From Isurus oxyrinchus (Eukaryota), in contig JANJGN010000018.1 in assembly GCA_026770705.1 (NCBI GenBank), forward strand, positions 78,120,001 to 78,184,000: a DNA stretch of 64,000 nucleotides, written 5' to 3'. A model generated the notes under the pieces. The model was given only the letters and a program-made list of their open reading frames with translations, was not told the DNA's origin and did not search any database. The position numbers were made by a program, and so were the translations under genes. This document shows, piece by piece, positions 51,400 through 62,610 of the stretch. The number at the start of each line of letters is the position of its first letter. Position 1 is the stretch's first letter.

Positions 51400-54099
51400 A
51401 TGCCTACCTCCTTGAAGAAGTTCTGTTCCTCTCTGCGACAAGATTTCCGTATCTCTCTGTTGCCTTGTTCACCTTCTTTGCTTTCCATTTCCCTCCTGGT
51501 GTTTGACAAGGTGTTTACTAAAACCCGCTTTCACAGCCATATCTCCTTTCTCAGTGACTGTCTCCGTCTCCGACTTACCCCACGTGGATTTCAACTGAAA
51601 TTCCACCCCTCATCTTTCGAACCCACCCAGGATTACCGGTATCTCCGGGACATAAAACGTTTCTCAGACTGCTGTTCCCGTCACATTCTGAAATCCACAC
51701 TCAGTGCCATGCGCCGCCATATGAACACACTCGACCTCTTCCTCCAGCAGCACCGCCGTACCCTTTTTCAAAGCTGCGCGTGCCCCCAGTTTCATTTTAT
51801 CCTTCGGCTCATCCGAAGTCTCAACAAGAAACTTTTTCTCTTTCTCTCAACTGCTAAGGAATGCAAGCTCCAACAACTCATCGACACCAACACCCATCTA
51901 GGACCCTCCACCCCAGCTTGTCCCTCCGTCCCCACCCCATCTTCCAATCCCAGCCCCAGCCGTGTATTCACTATACCCCCTGACCTTCCCCTCTCCGATG
52001 CTGAACGTTCAGTGCTCAGCAAAGGACTTAGTTTCATACCCTTACGCCCTCACCTCAATGAATTTCGGGCTCGGCATGATACTGAACTCTTCTTTCGCCG
52101 TCTTCGTCTCCGGGCTCACTTCTTCGGGCAGGAGTCCTCTCCCAGTTCAATGGATCCTTTTACCCATCTCCAATATTCTCCCTCCACCTGGACCCCTCCC
52201 TCTGGATTCTTACCTTCTCTTGATCTTTTCATTGAGAACTGTCGGCGCGACATTAGTCGTCTCAATTTCTCTGCTCCTCTCACCCATTCGAACCTGTCTC
52301 TCTCTGAACTTACTGCACTCCATTCTCTCAGGTCCAACCCTGACATTGTCATCAAACCCGCTGACAAGGGTGGTGCTGTTGTTGTCTGGCGCACTGACCT
52401 CTACCTCGCGGAGGCTGAGCGTCAACTCGCAGACACTTCCTCCTACCTCTCCCTGGACCATGACCCCACCACTGAACATCAAGCCATTGTTTCCAGGACT
52501 GTCACTGACCTCATCTCCTCTGGGGATCTCCCTCCCACAGCTTCCAACCTGATAGTCGCCCAACCTCGGACGGCCCGCTTCTATCTCCTACCCAAAATCC
52601 ACAAACAGAACTGCCCCGGTAGACCGATTGTCTCAGCTTGCTCCTGCCCCACAGAACTCATCTCTCGTTATCTTGACTCCCTTCTCTCTCCCCTTGTCCA
52701 GTCCCTTCCCACCTACATCCGTGATTCCTCTGACACCTTACGTCACATCAACAATTTCCAGTTCCCTGGCTCCAACCGCTTCCTCTTCACCATGGACGTC
52801 CAATCCCTCTACACCTCCATCCCCCACCAGGATGGTCCAAGGGCCCTTAGCTTCTTCCTCGAACAGAGGCCCAAACAATCCCCATCCACCACTACTCTCC
52901 TCCGTCTGGCTGAACTTGTTCTCACGTTGAACAATTTCTACTTCAACTCCTCTCACTTTCTCCAAATAAAAGGTGTGGCTATGGGTACCCGCATGGGCCC
53001 CAGCTATGCCTGTCTCTTTATGGGGTATGTGGAACATTCTTTGTTGCAGTCCTACTCCGGCCCCCTTCCACAACTTTTTCTCCAGTACATCGATGATTAC
53101 TTCGGTGCTGCTTCATGCTCTCGTCGGGACTTGGAAAAATTTATTAATTTTGCTTCCAATCTCCACCCCTCCATCATTTTCACGTGGTCCATCTCTGACA
53201 CTTCCCTTCCCTTCCTTGACCTCTCTGTCTCAATCTCTGGTGATAGACTGTCCACCAATATCCACTACAAACCCACCGACTCCCACAGCTACCTCGACTA
53301 CATCTCCTCACACCCCGCTTCCTGTAAGGACTCCATCCCATTCTCCCAGTTCCTTCGCCTTCGTCGCATCTGTTCCGATGATGCTACCTTCAAAAACGGT
53401 TCCTCTGACATGTCCTCCTTCTTCCTTAACCGAGGTTTTCCACCCACGGTCGTTGACAGGGCCCTCAACCGTGTCCAGCCCATCTCCCGCGCATCCGCCC
53501 TCACGCCTTCTCCTCCCTCCCAGAAACATGACAGGGTCCCCCTTGTCCTCACTTATCACCCCACCAGCCTCTGCATTCAAAGGATCATCCTCCGCCATTT
53601 CCGCCAACTCCAGCATGATGCCACCACCAAACACATCTTCCCTTCACCCCCCTTATCGGCATTCCGTAGGGATCGCTCCCTCCGGGACACCCTGGTCCAC
53701 TCCTCCATCACCCCCTACTCCTCAACCCCCTCCTATGGCACCACCCCATGCCCATGCAAAAGATGTAACACCTGCCCCTTCACTTCCTCTCTCCTCACCG
53801 TCCAAGGGCCCAAACATTCCTTTCAAGTGAAGCAGCATTTCACTTGCATTTCCCCCAACTTAGTCTACTGCATTCGTTGCTCTCAATGTGGTCTCCTCTA
53901 CATTGGAGAGACCAAACGTAAACTGGGCGACCGCTTTGCAGAACACCTGCAGTCTGTCCGCAAGAATGACCCAAACCTCCCTGTCGCTTGCCATTTTAAC
54001 ACTCCACCCTGCTCTCTTGCCCACATGTCTGTCCTTGGCTTGCTGCATTGTTCCAGTGAAGCCCAACGCAAACTGGAGGAACAACACCTCATCTTCTGA
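51400..54099 (+). CDS. Penelope-like reverse transcriptase / GIY-YIG endonuclease (premature stop 19 aa before the ancestral end)
   Basis: First ATG at 51400. RT motifs KPADKG, LPKIHK..PGRPIVS, MDVQSLYTSIP, GVAMG..MGPSYA, YIDD; Cys linker CPCKRCNTC; LVYCIRCSQCGLLYIGET. Confidence 0.93.
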   Translation: MPTSLKKFCSSLRQDFRISLLPCSPSLLSISLLVFDKVFTKTRFHSHISFLSDCLRLRLTPRGFQLKFHPSSFEPTQDYRYLRDIKRFSDCCSRHILKSTLSAMRRHMNTLDLFLQQHRRTLFQSCACPQFHFILRLIRSLNKKLFLFLSTAKECKLQQLIDTNTHLGPSTPACPSVPTPSSNPSPSRVFTIPPDLPLSDAERSVLSKGLSFIPLRPHLNEFRARHDTELFFRRLRLRAHFFGQESSPSSMDPFTHLQYSPSTWTPPSGFLPSLDLFIENCRRDISRLNFSAPLTHSNLSLSELTALHSLRSNPDIVIKPADKGGAVVVWRTDLYLAEAERQLADTSSYLSLDHDPTTEHQAIVSRTVTDLISSGDLPPTASNLIVAQPRTARFYLLPKIHKQNCPGRPIVSACSCPTELISRYLDSLLSPLVQSLPTYIRDSSDTLRHINNFQFPGSNRFLFTMDVQSLYTSIPHQDGPRALSFFLEQRPKQSPSTTTLLRLAELVLTLNNFYFNSSHFLQIKGVAMGTRMGPSYACLFMGYVEHSLLQSYSGPLPQLFLQYIDDYFGAASCSRRDLEKFINFASNLHPSIIFTWSISDTSLPFLDLSVSISGDRLSTNIHYKPTDSHSYLDYISSHPASCKDSIPFSQFLRLRRICSDDATFKNGSSDMSSFFLNRGFPPTVVDRALNRVQPISRASALTPSPPSQKHDRVPLVLTYHPTSLCIQRIILRHFRQLQHDATTKHIFPSPPLSAFRRDRSLRDTLVHSSITPYSSTPSYGTTPCPCKRCNTCPFTSSLLTVQGPKHSFQVKQHFTCISPNLVYCIRCSQCGLLYIGETKRKLGDRFAEHLQSVRKNDPNLPVACHFNTPPCSLAHMSVLGLLHCSSEAQRKLEEQHLIF

Positions 54100-54544
54100 C
54101 TAGGCATCTTACAGCCTTCCGGTCTGAATATTGAGTTCAACAACTTTAGGTCATGAGCTCCCTCCCCCATCCCCACCCCCTTTCTGTTTCCCCCTTTTTC
54201 CCTTTTTTTTCCCTATAAATTATATAGATTTTTCTTTTCCCACCTATTTCCATTATTTTTAAATATTTTAAAATCTTTTATGCTCCCCCCACCCCCACTA
54301 GAGCTGTACCTTGAGTGCCCTACCATCCATTCTTAATTAGCACATTCGTTTAGATAATATCACCAACTTTAACTTTAACACCTATGTGTTCTTTTGTACC
54401 ATTGTCGCTGACATCTTTTGATGATCTGCTTCTATCACTGCTTGTTTGTCTACACAACCACCTCTCTCTCTCCCTATCTCTCCGCCCCACACACACACAC
54501 CTTAAACCAGCTTATATTTCAACTCTTTCTTGGACTCGAAATCA

Positions 54545-54583
54545 AGTTCTGTCGAAGGGTCATGAGGACTCGAAACGTCAACT
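54545..54583 (+). ncRNA. Minimal type I hammerhead ribozyme motif in the 3' pseudo-LTR
   Basis: AGTT-CTGTCGA-A-GGGTC-atgag-GACTC-GAAAC-GTC-AACT. Confidence 0.68.
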
Positions 54584-55596
54584 CTTTTCTTCTCCGCCGA
54601 TGCTGCCAGACCTGCTGAGTTTTTCCAGGTAATTCTGTTTTTGTTTTTGATATTAAGAAGGTCCCTGGATTGATCCCTGAACTGTATTAAATTTTCTTAT
54701 CTCAGCCAGAGTGACAGAGGGAATGCTAAATAAGTCAGTTTTTCCAGATTAGTAAGGAACAAAAGCATTTTTGCTACCCAGGTAGATTCAGAAATCATGC
54801 ATCTGTGGGCATCAATGGACCTAATCAGGCTTGGCAAAATAGCTGCCGAGGGCACACAGTAATACTGGCCACTGACAAGTGCAGGGCACAACTCCTACTT
54901 TCCTGCAGTTCTGAAGAACAGTCGTATTCAACTTATCTCCAGTATACACAGTACTTTGCTCTTATTACAGGAGAAATCTCTGCCAGTGAAACCTCACTGA
55001 ATCAAGTGAGAAGAGGTGTGTTGTGAACGGCCGCATTAAATCAAAGTCCAGTACTAAAGATTAAAACTGAACACAAATTTTAACTTGCTTACAGATTTTG
55101 TAACATTTAAAATGAATTTACTTACATTTTCTAAGCTTCTCTCAGTCCTATTTAGCCTTGCATCATGTTGGCCACTACTCACTGAAATTTAACATTATCG
55201 TTTCAGAAGACATGTAATGAAACTGCGTGTCAAACAAAAATTTAAGGTGGAGTTTGTTAATGATCAATTTCCTTCCAGAAATGCCGTTTTACGTGAATAA
55301 GGTGTGGTTAACAGTCATAACCAGGAAAACCTGTGCTGCAGCATTCTGCATGATATCACTTGATCAGACAAGGCATCAAAATCTCAACTTGTGCAGATCG
55401 ATGGTCTACTCGACGGTGGATCTGGTTGCATAGCTCGTATTGTAGCGCTCTACAACATCGGCCTGAGGGCTGCTCACCAATGTCATCAGCCAAAAACAAT
55501 GGCGTCAGTCTTCTAAATATTCATTTGGAAGAAATTTCTGTTTATCCAGGGCTGGATGTCAGATAACCAGTTAGATAATAAACAAGTTCTGTACTT

Positions 55597-55789
55597 GAAA
55601 ACAGAAAATGCTGGAAAAACTCAGCAGGTCTGGCAGCATCTGTGGAGAGAGAAACAGAGTTGACCTTTCAGGTCCACTCTTCTTCTCTCTGTTTTTCTCT
55701 CTCCACAAATGCTGCCAGACCTGCTGAGTTTTTCCAGCATTTTCTGTTTCCATTTCAGCAACCGCAGTATTTTGATTTTATTTATTTTA
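55597..55789. mobile_element. Palindromic mini-PLE tail insertion
   Basis: About 60-bp inverted arms; imperfect 13-bp TSD AAGTTCTGTACTT (55584-55596) / AAGTTCTGCACGT (55790-55802). Confidence 0.8.
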
Positions 55790-55890
55790 AAGTTCTGCAC
55801 GTAAAAAAGTTTATATGTCACTTTCAGTAAAGTTTCAGTGACACAGCAGGAGTAGCTGTGAGGAAATTGATGAGCATGGTGAAAAACTAA

Positions 55891-55942
55891 GGGCTTGATT
55901 TTAACAGTGTATGTGAATCTGCTTTAAGTTAAAATCGGGCCC
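55891..55942. mobile_element. 52-bp micro-MITE
   Basis: GGGCTTGATTTTAAC / GTTAAAATCGGGCCC; related decayed copy at 35431-35486. Confidence 0.55.
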
Positions 55943-56363
55943 TATGGGTCAAATGGATCAATGCAATGGTGCTGCTAAATAATCCACAACAGACTGCAAA
56001 GGGAAGCAATGATATTTTAACCTAGTGGTCTGGGTAGCTGATTAAAAACAATAGGTTAATTTAATCAGCAGTATTCTTCCCAGGTTTATCTAAAATTTGT
56101 TTTAGTACTGTTTATTTTAGTAGTGAATACAAAGGTGTTACACCTTAAGAAAGCAGCTAAGGTAAGCCGACCTTAAAATGGAAAAAAAGACCAGGCATTT
56201 GTGTAAATATTCATGACAACAAACATTGTTAGGCAACTTGATGCAATATTATCTCTGACCCATTCTACATAACTTTGCAGCTGAACCTGTTAAGTCACAA
56301 TATCTAAAACTATTTTCCCTGTTGCATAATGAGGTGTTACTTGATACCAAGAACAGACACAAA

Positions 56364-57670
56364 GGGCAGAATTGTTCCAGATTTGCACTAAGTGCAGTAG
56401 CAGGCGGGTAAAACAATGTTTTACCTGCCGTCTACAATGAAGGGTTTTCATGCTGTATCGTCCCAAACCCGCCACATTATTTATGCATTCCTGAGAAACA
56501 CGTCATTTCCATGTCGGGCAGGCTGTCAGTCACCTGCCTGCCCGCCATTGCCTCGCTGCTTCATCACGCCGGGCGCCATATTTAAAGTCCAGCCACACGC
56601 ACACATCTCAGTGCTTCCAGCCCATGACTGATGCAGGGAAGATGTCCATGAAATGCAAGAGGACTGCAGCTCCCAGGTTTAACAATGTGTCACTGGAACA
56701 CCTTTTGGATACCATCGAGGCCCGCCGGGATGTCTTCTACCCCCGTTCTTGCCGCAGGATGGGCAGTCATGTGACCAACCAGGCTCAGGAGGTGGTGGCA
56801 GTGGTGATCAGTGCCAATGCTGCACAGGAGATGTTGGCCATCCAATGCAAACAGAAGATGAATGATCTCATCTGTGCAGCCAGTGTATGGCAACTATCTC
56901 ATCATTCTAGCCTCACACTCACAAGCCCATCACACATTCACTGGCATCTCACTCACTGCCAGTTCAAAGAACATCACCCATTCTCACACACATACCCTCA
57001 CATGTCTATCTGGCCTCATCTCCTCTGGAGACTGCCTCCTCAGCCCTCACCATCTTGAGGCCACTTGCACAGATCAACATGTGCCCCACAAGAAGGATAT
57101 CCTCCTTCCCCAGTACAATCCTCGTCTTGTAGCTTATTCCTTTCCCTGAGGCCACTTTTCTCCCTTCGCCAAGCAAGACCTGGCCCTGTGGCCATTGAAA
57201 AGCCACCCACATATGGCTGATCTGGTAGGTAGAGACTGGCCCGTGAACCCCCCTAACCGTAATTTGGTTCTGTCTGTGAAGCCTGGCACTGAAGATTGCG
57301 AATGCTGCCCAAAGCAAGGTAAGCAAACAAACCTTGAAGTCCCGGGTGAAGTGCAGCTCGCCAGGTGCACATCTTATATATGCTATTGTGAAACACGTTG
57401 ACATGTTTTCCTGCTGATGTGGGTGGACAATCCAGCGGGGTCAGGGGCAGAGTGGGTGGGGAACGATTCCAGCGGGCACGCCTAATAATGATATGCTGAT
57501 GTATTACAATGAGGTTCCTGACATCTGATGGCATGGAACGCGGCCTGTCATTAGCAGGGTGAACGGGCGATCGTGAACTGGTTTCGCGCCATTGTGAAAC
57601 CAATTGCGCCATATTGTTGTCTCACGTCACTGAACACACCCGAAGCTGGTGGGCACTGAGAATCCCTGCC
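56364..57670 (+). mobile_element. Harbinger-derived element with Myb/SANT-like ORF remnant, copy 2
   Basis: APRFNNVSLEHLLDTIEARRDVFYP...IQCKQKMNDL; ends GGGCAGAATT...AATCCCTGCC. Confidence 0.78.
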
Positions 57671-58242
57671 AAAATGTGGAAGACATTAATTGACTTCCTT
57701 TGGAAACAATAACTGGGGCACCTTCATTCCAAGATGCATCATGACCAAGAAAAGTGAAGCTGCAGTCCCCCCCAAAGTAAGAGCTTTGTTATTGCTCCTA
57801 TACAGGAATAAACACTTGTAGTATTAGAATCCTGTACCGTGATCTTTGGCAGTGTAGAAACCATTGCAACATTTGCCATTAGCAGTCTGGAACAATATCT
57901 GTCAGTATTGGAGAACAAGATGGTGATGCAAAATTAAATGACTCACAAGCAGGGCTGTACCATTGTTGAAAGTTCCATAAATATCCTCATCTTCATGATG
58001 ATAGGGCCCAGCACATGAGCGCAAGATAGAAAGCAAATGCATTTGTAACCAGTTTTCAACCAGAAATCTCAATTCATCTAGGCCTCCTCCTGACCTTCCC
58101 ACCATCACCAGTGCCAGTCTTCTGCCGTGTGTGTGTGCGTATGTATGCACATAAGGAAGTTTCCTATATTTGGATGAAAGACTCTTTTACTTCTTTTTGA
58201 CTGTCTGTGCTTAATATGTTTGGTTCAATTATTTCAAGCAGG

Positions 58243-61200
58243 TGTAGTAATGTGCTATTTAATATGCCTATAAGACGAATGCTGTAATGGAAGATCACAT
58301 GATCTTGGTATCCAATGGCAGGGTAGCATGGGTTACCTCTGTAGTCAGTAGTCTTGAGTTAGAATCTGAAGAGTAAAGAAGTGTTGTAAGCACACAAGTG
58401 TAGCTGCTAAGTTCCTTTTGTAAATAAACAGAATGTGTTTCTTCTAAGCACGATCTACTGGTCTTTCTGTCTTGGTACCAACTCGGTCACCCCGAAACAA
58501 GCGTGCAATCCAGATCCTTAAGTCCCAACAAACCAGGGTATGGGATCCAACAAACTGGCGACAAGAGTAAAAAGCAAGAAAAAAAGCACAAAAGGATGAG
58601 AAAAAGCAAGAAAGAACAAAGGAAATCAAGAGAACTGGAATTGGGCTGCACCTCACACGGTAGTTGTAAGTAAAGAAAAATTTCCTTCCTGATTGTCGAA
58701 GCAATCCCCTTAAAACATGCTGCAATTTGGAAGAGTGGAGACTTTTGATCCAACCTTGGATGATTGGTTTCATTATGTTGAACACCTCGCGTTCTTCTTC
58801 CAGGCAAATGACATTGCGGGGGAGGAGAAGAAGCATACGATCCTCTTATCCATGTGTGGGCGTGAGACATATGGATTAATTTGAAATTTGTTGGCACCCA
58901 GTGCCCCAGACTTGATAATATTTTGATGACTTAGTGAACCTCATAAAGAATCATTACTAATCCAAGCCATCGGTGATGATGCAACGGTTCAAATTTAAGG
59001 CAAGGAATAGAGCCGTGGGAACAGTTGCTTGTTATGTGACAAGTGTGAAATAACTAACTGAATATTGTGAGGTTGATATATATATCAATGATATGCTTAG
59101 CGATCGCTTGGTATAAATGAAGATGCAATTCAGAAGAGATTACTGTCTGAAACAAATTTAGATTTCCAGAATGCATTGGAAATCACTCTGGCAATAGAAG
59201 GCATAGTGCAGGATTTGAAAGCCATACAGGGAGCTCAAAATGGCGCCGTCTCCCATGTTAGGCGAGGGGCCTCAGTCAAAAAGAGCACGGAAGTGCAGGC
59301 TCGGAAGTGGGAAGAAGCCACTGCTAGCAGGCAACTAAAAAGAAGCAGCAAAAACATGGAATAATATTAACAGAGGTGGAAGCAAATAACCTTGTAATGA
59401 ATCACAGTTTAAACAAATCAAATGTTTTTTTCTGTCTTCGGAACGGGCACCTCATGAGATGTTCTAATGATTGAATCAGGCAGGCTTACAAACTAAAGCA
59501 AAAACCCAATGTGAGTAACAGTGTTGAAAAGCTTGAAGTAATAGATTCAGATCATTATTCATTGTATAATCTAAAGGTGGGAAGAACAGAGCCTATCTAT
59601 GTAACCATGAGAGTGAATGAGAGCCGATCAGAATGGAGGTGGAGTGTGCACTATGGTGATAGGTAAGCATACTTTTAAATACTTGAATCTTGGGGAATGT
59701 AAACTAAATTTGGAAGAAACAGATGCCAAATTGAAAACTTACACAAGAGAAGACATATAAGTCAATAAAGTGGCATAAGTAAAGTCACAGTACACTATGG
59801 AGGTCAAACAGAGAAATTAGCCTTGATGGTAGTAGCAGGCGAGGGACCTAGTCTCCTTAGACGAAACTGGCTGCAAGAAATTAAATTGGAATGGACTGAA
59901 ATCTTCTGACTGAGAACTAATGGGTTATCAGAGCTACTACAAAAATATGCCTCAGTTTTCAAGGATGAACTTGGAAAGATGGAGGGGTTACAAGCAAAAA
60001 TTAATGTCGATCCAGAGGCAACACCAAGATCCAGGAAGGCAAGACCAGTACCTTATGCAATGCAGGACATCTTCTGCCACAATTGACAAACTATATCAAA
60101 GTTAAGTAATCAACAGACTACCAGAAGCGGTCATATCAGACAATGGTGTTATGACTCAGCAGTTGCTAAAGGCTGAGTTATTTAAAATCTCAGGGGGAAA
60201 CTTTTAATAACTGTCATAACCTATATTTTCAATTGGTATATTTGAATTGCAGCTCTGAATTAAGAAATGAAACTATCAAGCCTCTAGATGTTTTTATATA
60301 AATTAAATCAAACATTTATTAATTTAACAAGGAATTAAACACATACACATGTCTACAAATTACTACCATAGTAACTTTTAAACAAATCCCCAAAGTAATC
60401 ACTCCCAGATAAATCTTCCTGAAGGCAACAAAACCTATAGACTTAAACAGACACCAAGCAAAGCACATTTTATCCTACAAATTAAAAAATGAGGTTCCTT
60501 TCAATTTGGTTCCTTCGCACAGTTGTAGGTTTACAGGCGGCATGCTTCTGACTCACACACAAAACTCTGTTCTGTATATACCTAGCCTTCCCTTTGAATG
60601 TAAATTCTCATTGTATCCCCAAGCCCTTTTGAACTCCACCTCTTCTAACAATAAAACCCCTTTCATAGTACCAATTTTGTTAGTAATATAAACATATTGC
60701 TTGTTATCTCCTAGCTAGGTGCAAGATTTCACCCCCAGTCTTTGAATGGTTTATTCAACAAAATGCAAATGTACCTTTACCTTACTGTTTAACATCTCAA
60801 AACTATTATACATCAAAGCAGCCAGACAAGCTGGCTTTAATCCAATTAAGGCACACACGCACTCACACCCACAGACACACACCCTACTACAGATCCAGTT
60901 TAAAATAATTTCCAATAACATTAGGTACATTAATATCTTCATGACAATGGAATGGTATTTATGAGTGCTGAGTTTCACTAATTTATCAGCCTTAATGGTA
61001 TTACTGATGTAAAAACTTCACCATACCACCCTTCTTCAAATGGACTGGCTGAGAGAGCAGTTCACATATTCAAGTGTGGTATGAAGAAATTGGAGATTCT
61101 ATAGTGACTAAAGTAGCATATTTTCTTTTCCATTATAGGACCACCCCTCATACAACGACAGGTGTCACATCTGCGGAACTGTTGATGAAGCGCCAACTCT

Positions 61201-62101
61201 GATCGAGATTGAGCCTAATTATGCCAAACTTGGGGGGGAGGGTGGAAAGGAGTCAGTGAAGTCAGAAAATTGGACATGACTGTCACAGCGTGACAGGACA
61301 TTTAATGTAGGAGAGAAGGTATATGTGGAGAATTTTAGAGAAGGATCAACATGGTTGTTTGGTGAAATAAGCACAATAACTGGACCTCTTTCCTACCATG
61401 TGAAAGTGGAAGATCGAATCAGATGGTGACATGTGGATCATATAAGAGGAGAAACAAAATACCCAGAAACGTTTCCACCAGTGTTTGTGACTGAGTCAAT
61501 GTCTCCTATTGAAAGAATTCAACGGAGTACAGGTATGTCTGAATGGCCGACTATACCTGAAAGAGTTGAGGAAATAGATTTGGAAGTACCTATTGAAGAA
61601 CCAGATGCTCAGATGACTCCAGTGAAGAAGGTTCCAGATAAAACATCGGAAGCTGTAGAGCTGAGATGTTCTACATGCATAAGGAAACTCCCAGAAAGAC
61701 TGACTTTGTAAATTAATTGTGTGTGAAAAATTTGATATTTCGAGAAGAATTGTAAAATGTATTTCTGAGTAAAGGAGGACGGATGTAGTAATCTAATGTG
61801 TAATATACCTTTAAGAAGAATGTTGTAATGTAAGATCACATGATCTTGGTATCCAATAGCAGAGTAGCATGGCTACCTCTGTCGTCAGTAGTCTTGAGTT
61901 AGAGTCTGAAGTATAAATACAGGTTTTTGAGTTGTAAGCACACAAGTGTAGCTGCTGAGTTTCTTTTGTAAATAAACAGAATGTGTTTCTTCTAAGAACA
62001 ATCTACTGCTCTTTTCTCTCTTGGTACCAGCTTGGTCACCCCAAAACAAGCGTGCAACCCAGATCTTTAAGTCCCAACAAACCAAGGTACAAGATCCAAC
62101 A
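58243..62101 (+). mobile_element. Decayed Ty3/Gypsy LTR retrotransposon, RT/RNase H deleted
   Basis: LTRs 58243-58552 and 61784-62101 (TGTAGTA...CCAACA); PBS TGGCGACAAG at 58556; PPT AAAGGAGGACGGA; TSD GCAGG/GCGGG; gag FDPTLDDWFHYVEHL; integrase VISDNG...PYHPSSNGLAERAV. Confidence 0.92.
60147..60946. mobile_element. Solo LTR (800 bp) inserted in the Gypsy integrase
   Basis: TGTTATGA...TCATGACA termini, 4-bp TSD ATGG; the integrase continues on both sides. Confidence 0.82.
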
Positions 62102-62610
62102 GCGGGGAAAGGTAAATTATGTTGGACTGGAGGAGAATGGAAAATCTTTGTTTATCACTAATGTTCTGTTGCTTTAAGAGCCTTTGTTAAGAGCTAACTG
62201 AATGATTGCTGTTGAAAAGTTACAGACTGTAGAAGTAAATGAGGTTTTCTTTCATTGTTTTCTTTTTTCCAGTGTTTTGTGCCACTGAGCTACAAGGGTA
62301 ATTGATCGCACACATGTGGGCTGCTGAAAGCTCCCTGGGAACAGCCAACAGAATTCATAAAGCAAAAGGAATTGCATTCCATCAATATGCTACTGGTTTG
62401 TGATCACCCAAAACGAATCCTGCAAGTGAGTGCTCACTTTCCAACTGAGGCAATAGCTTCTGAGAGGGTGAGAAGGGAGTGATCGACGTATGTTGGCTTA
62501 CCAGCGAGATTCCAATCCTCCAACCAAACAAAAGTTGACAAACATAAAATTGACTGTGCATCAGGATATTTAGATTTGCCACTGCTTGCAAAGCTCCACA
62601 GTAAGTGATA

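Larger units (their letters stand above)
50744..54648 (+). mobile_element. Near-intact Penelope-like retroelement (Neptune-type) with direct pseudo-LTRs
   Basis: Direct repeats 50744-51326 and 54065-54648 (about 6 differences); 14-bp TSD GATATTAAGAAGGT at 50724-50737 and 54649-54662; single RT + GIY-YIG ORF. Confidence 0.95.

Noticed and set aside
51792-54176. Overlapping and antisense ORFs within the PLE
   Set aside because: Shadow frames of a C-rich coding strand, with no recognisable motifs.
55126-55181. Possible 56-nt non-coding upstream HHLA2 exon (tttcag...gtaagt on -)
   Set aside because: Only splice-site appearance supports it; it needs transcript data.
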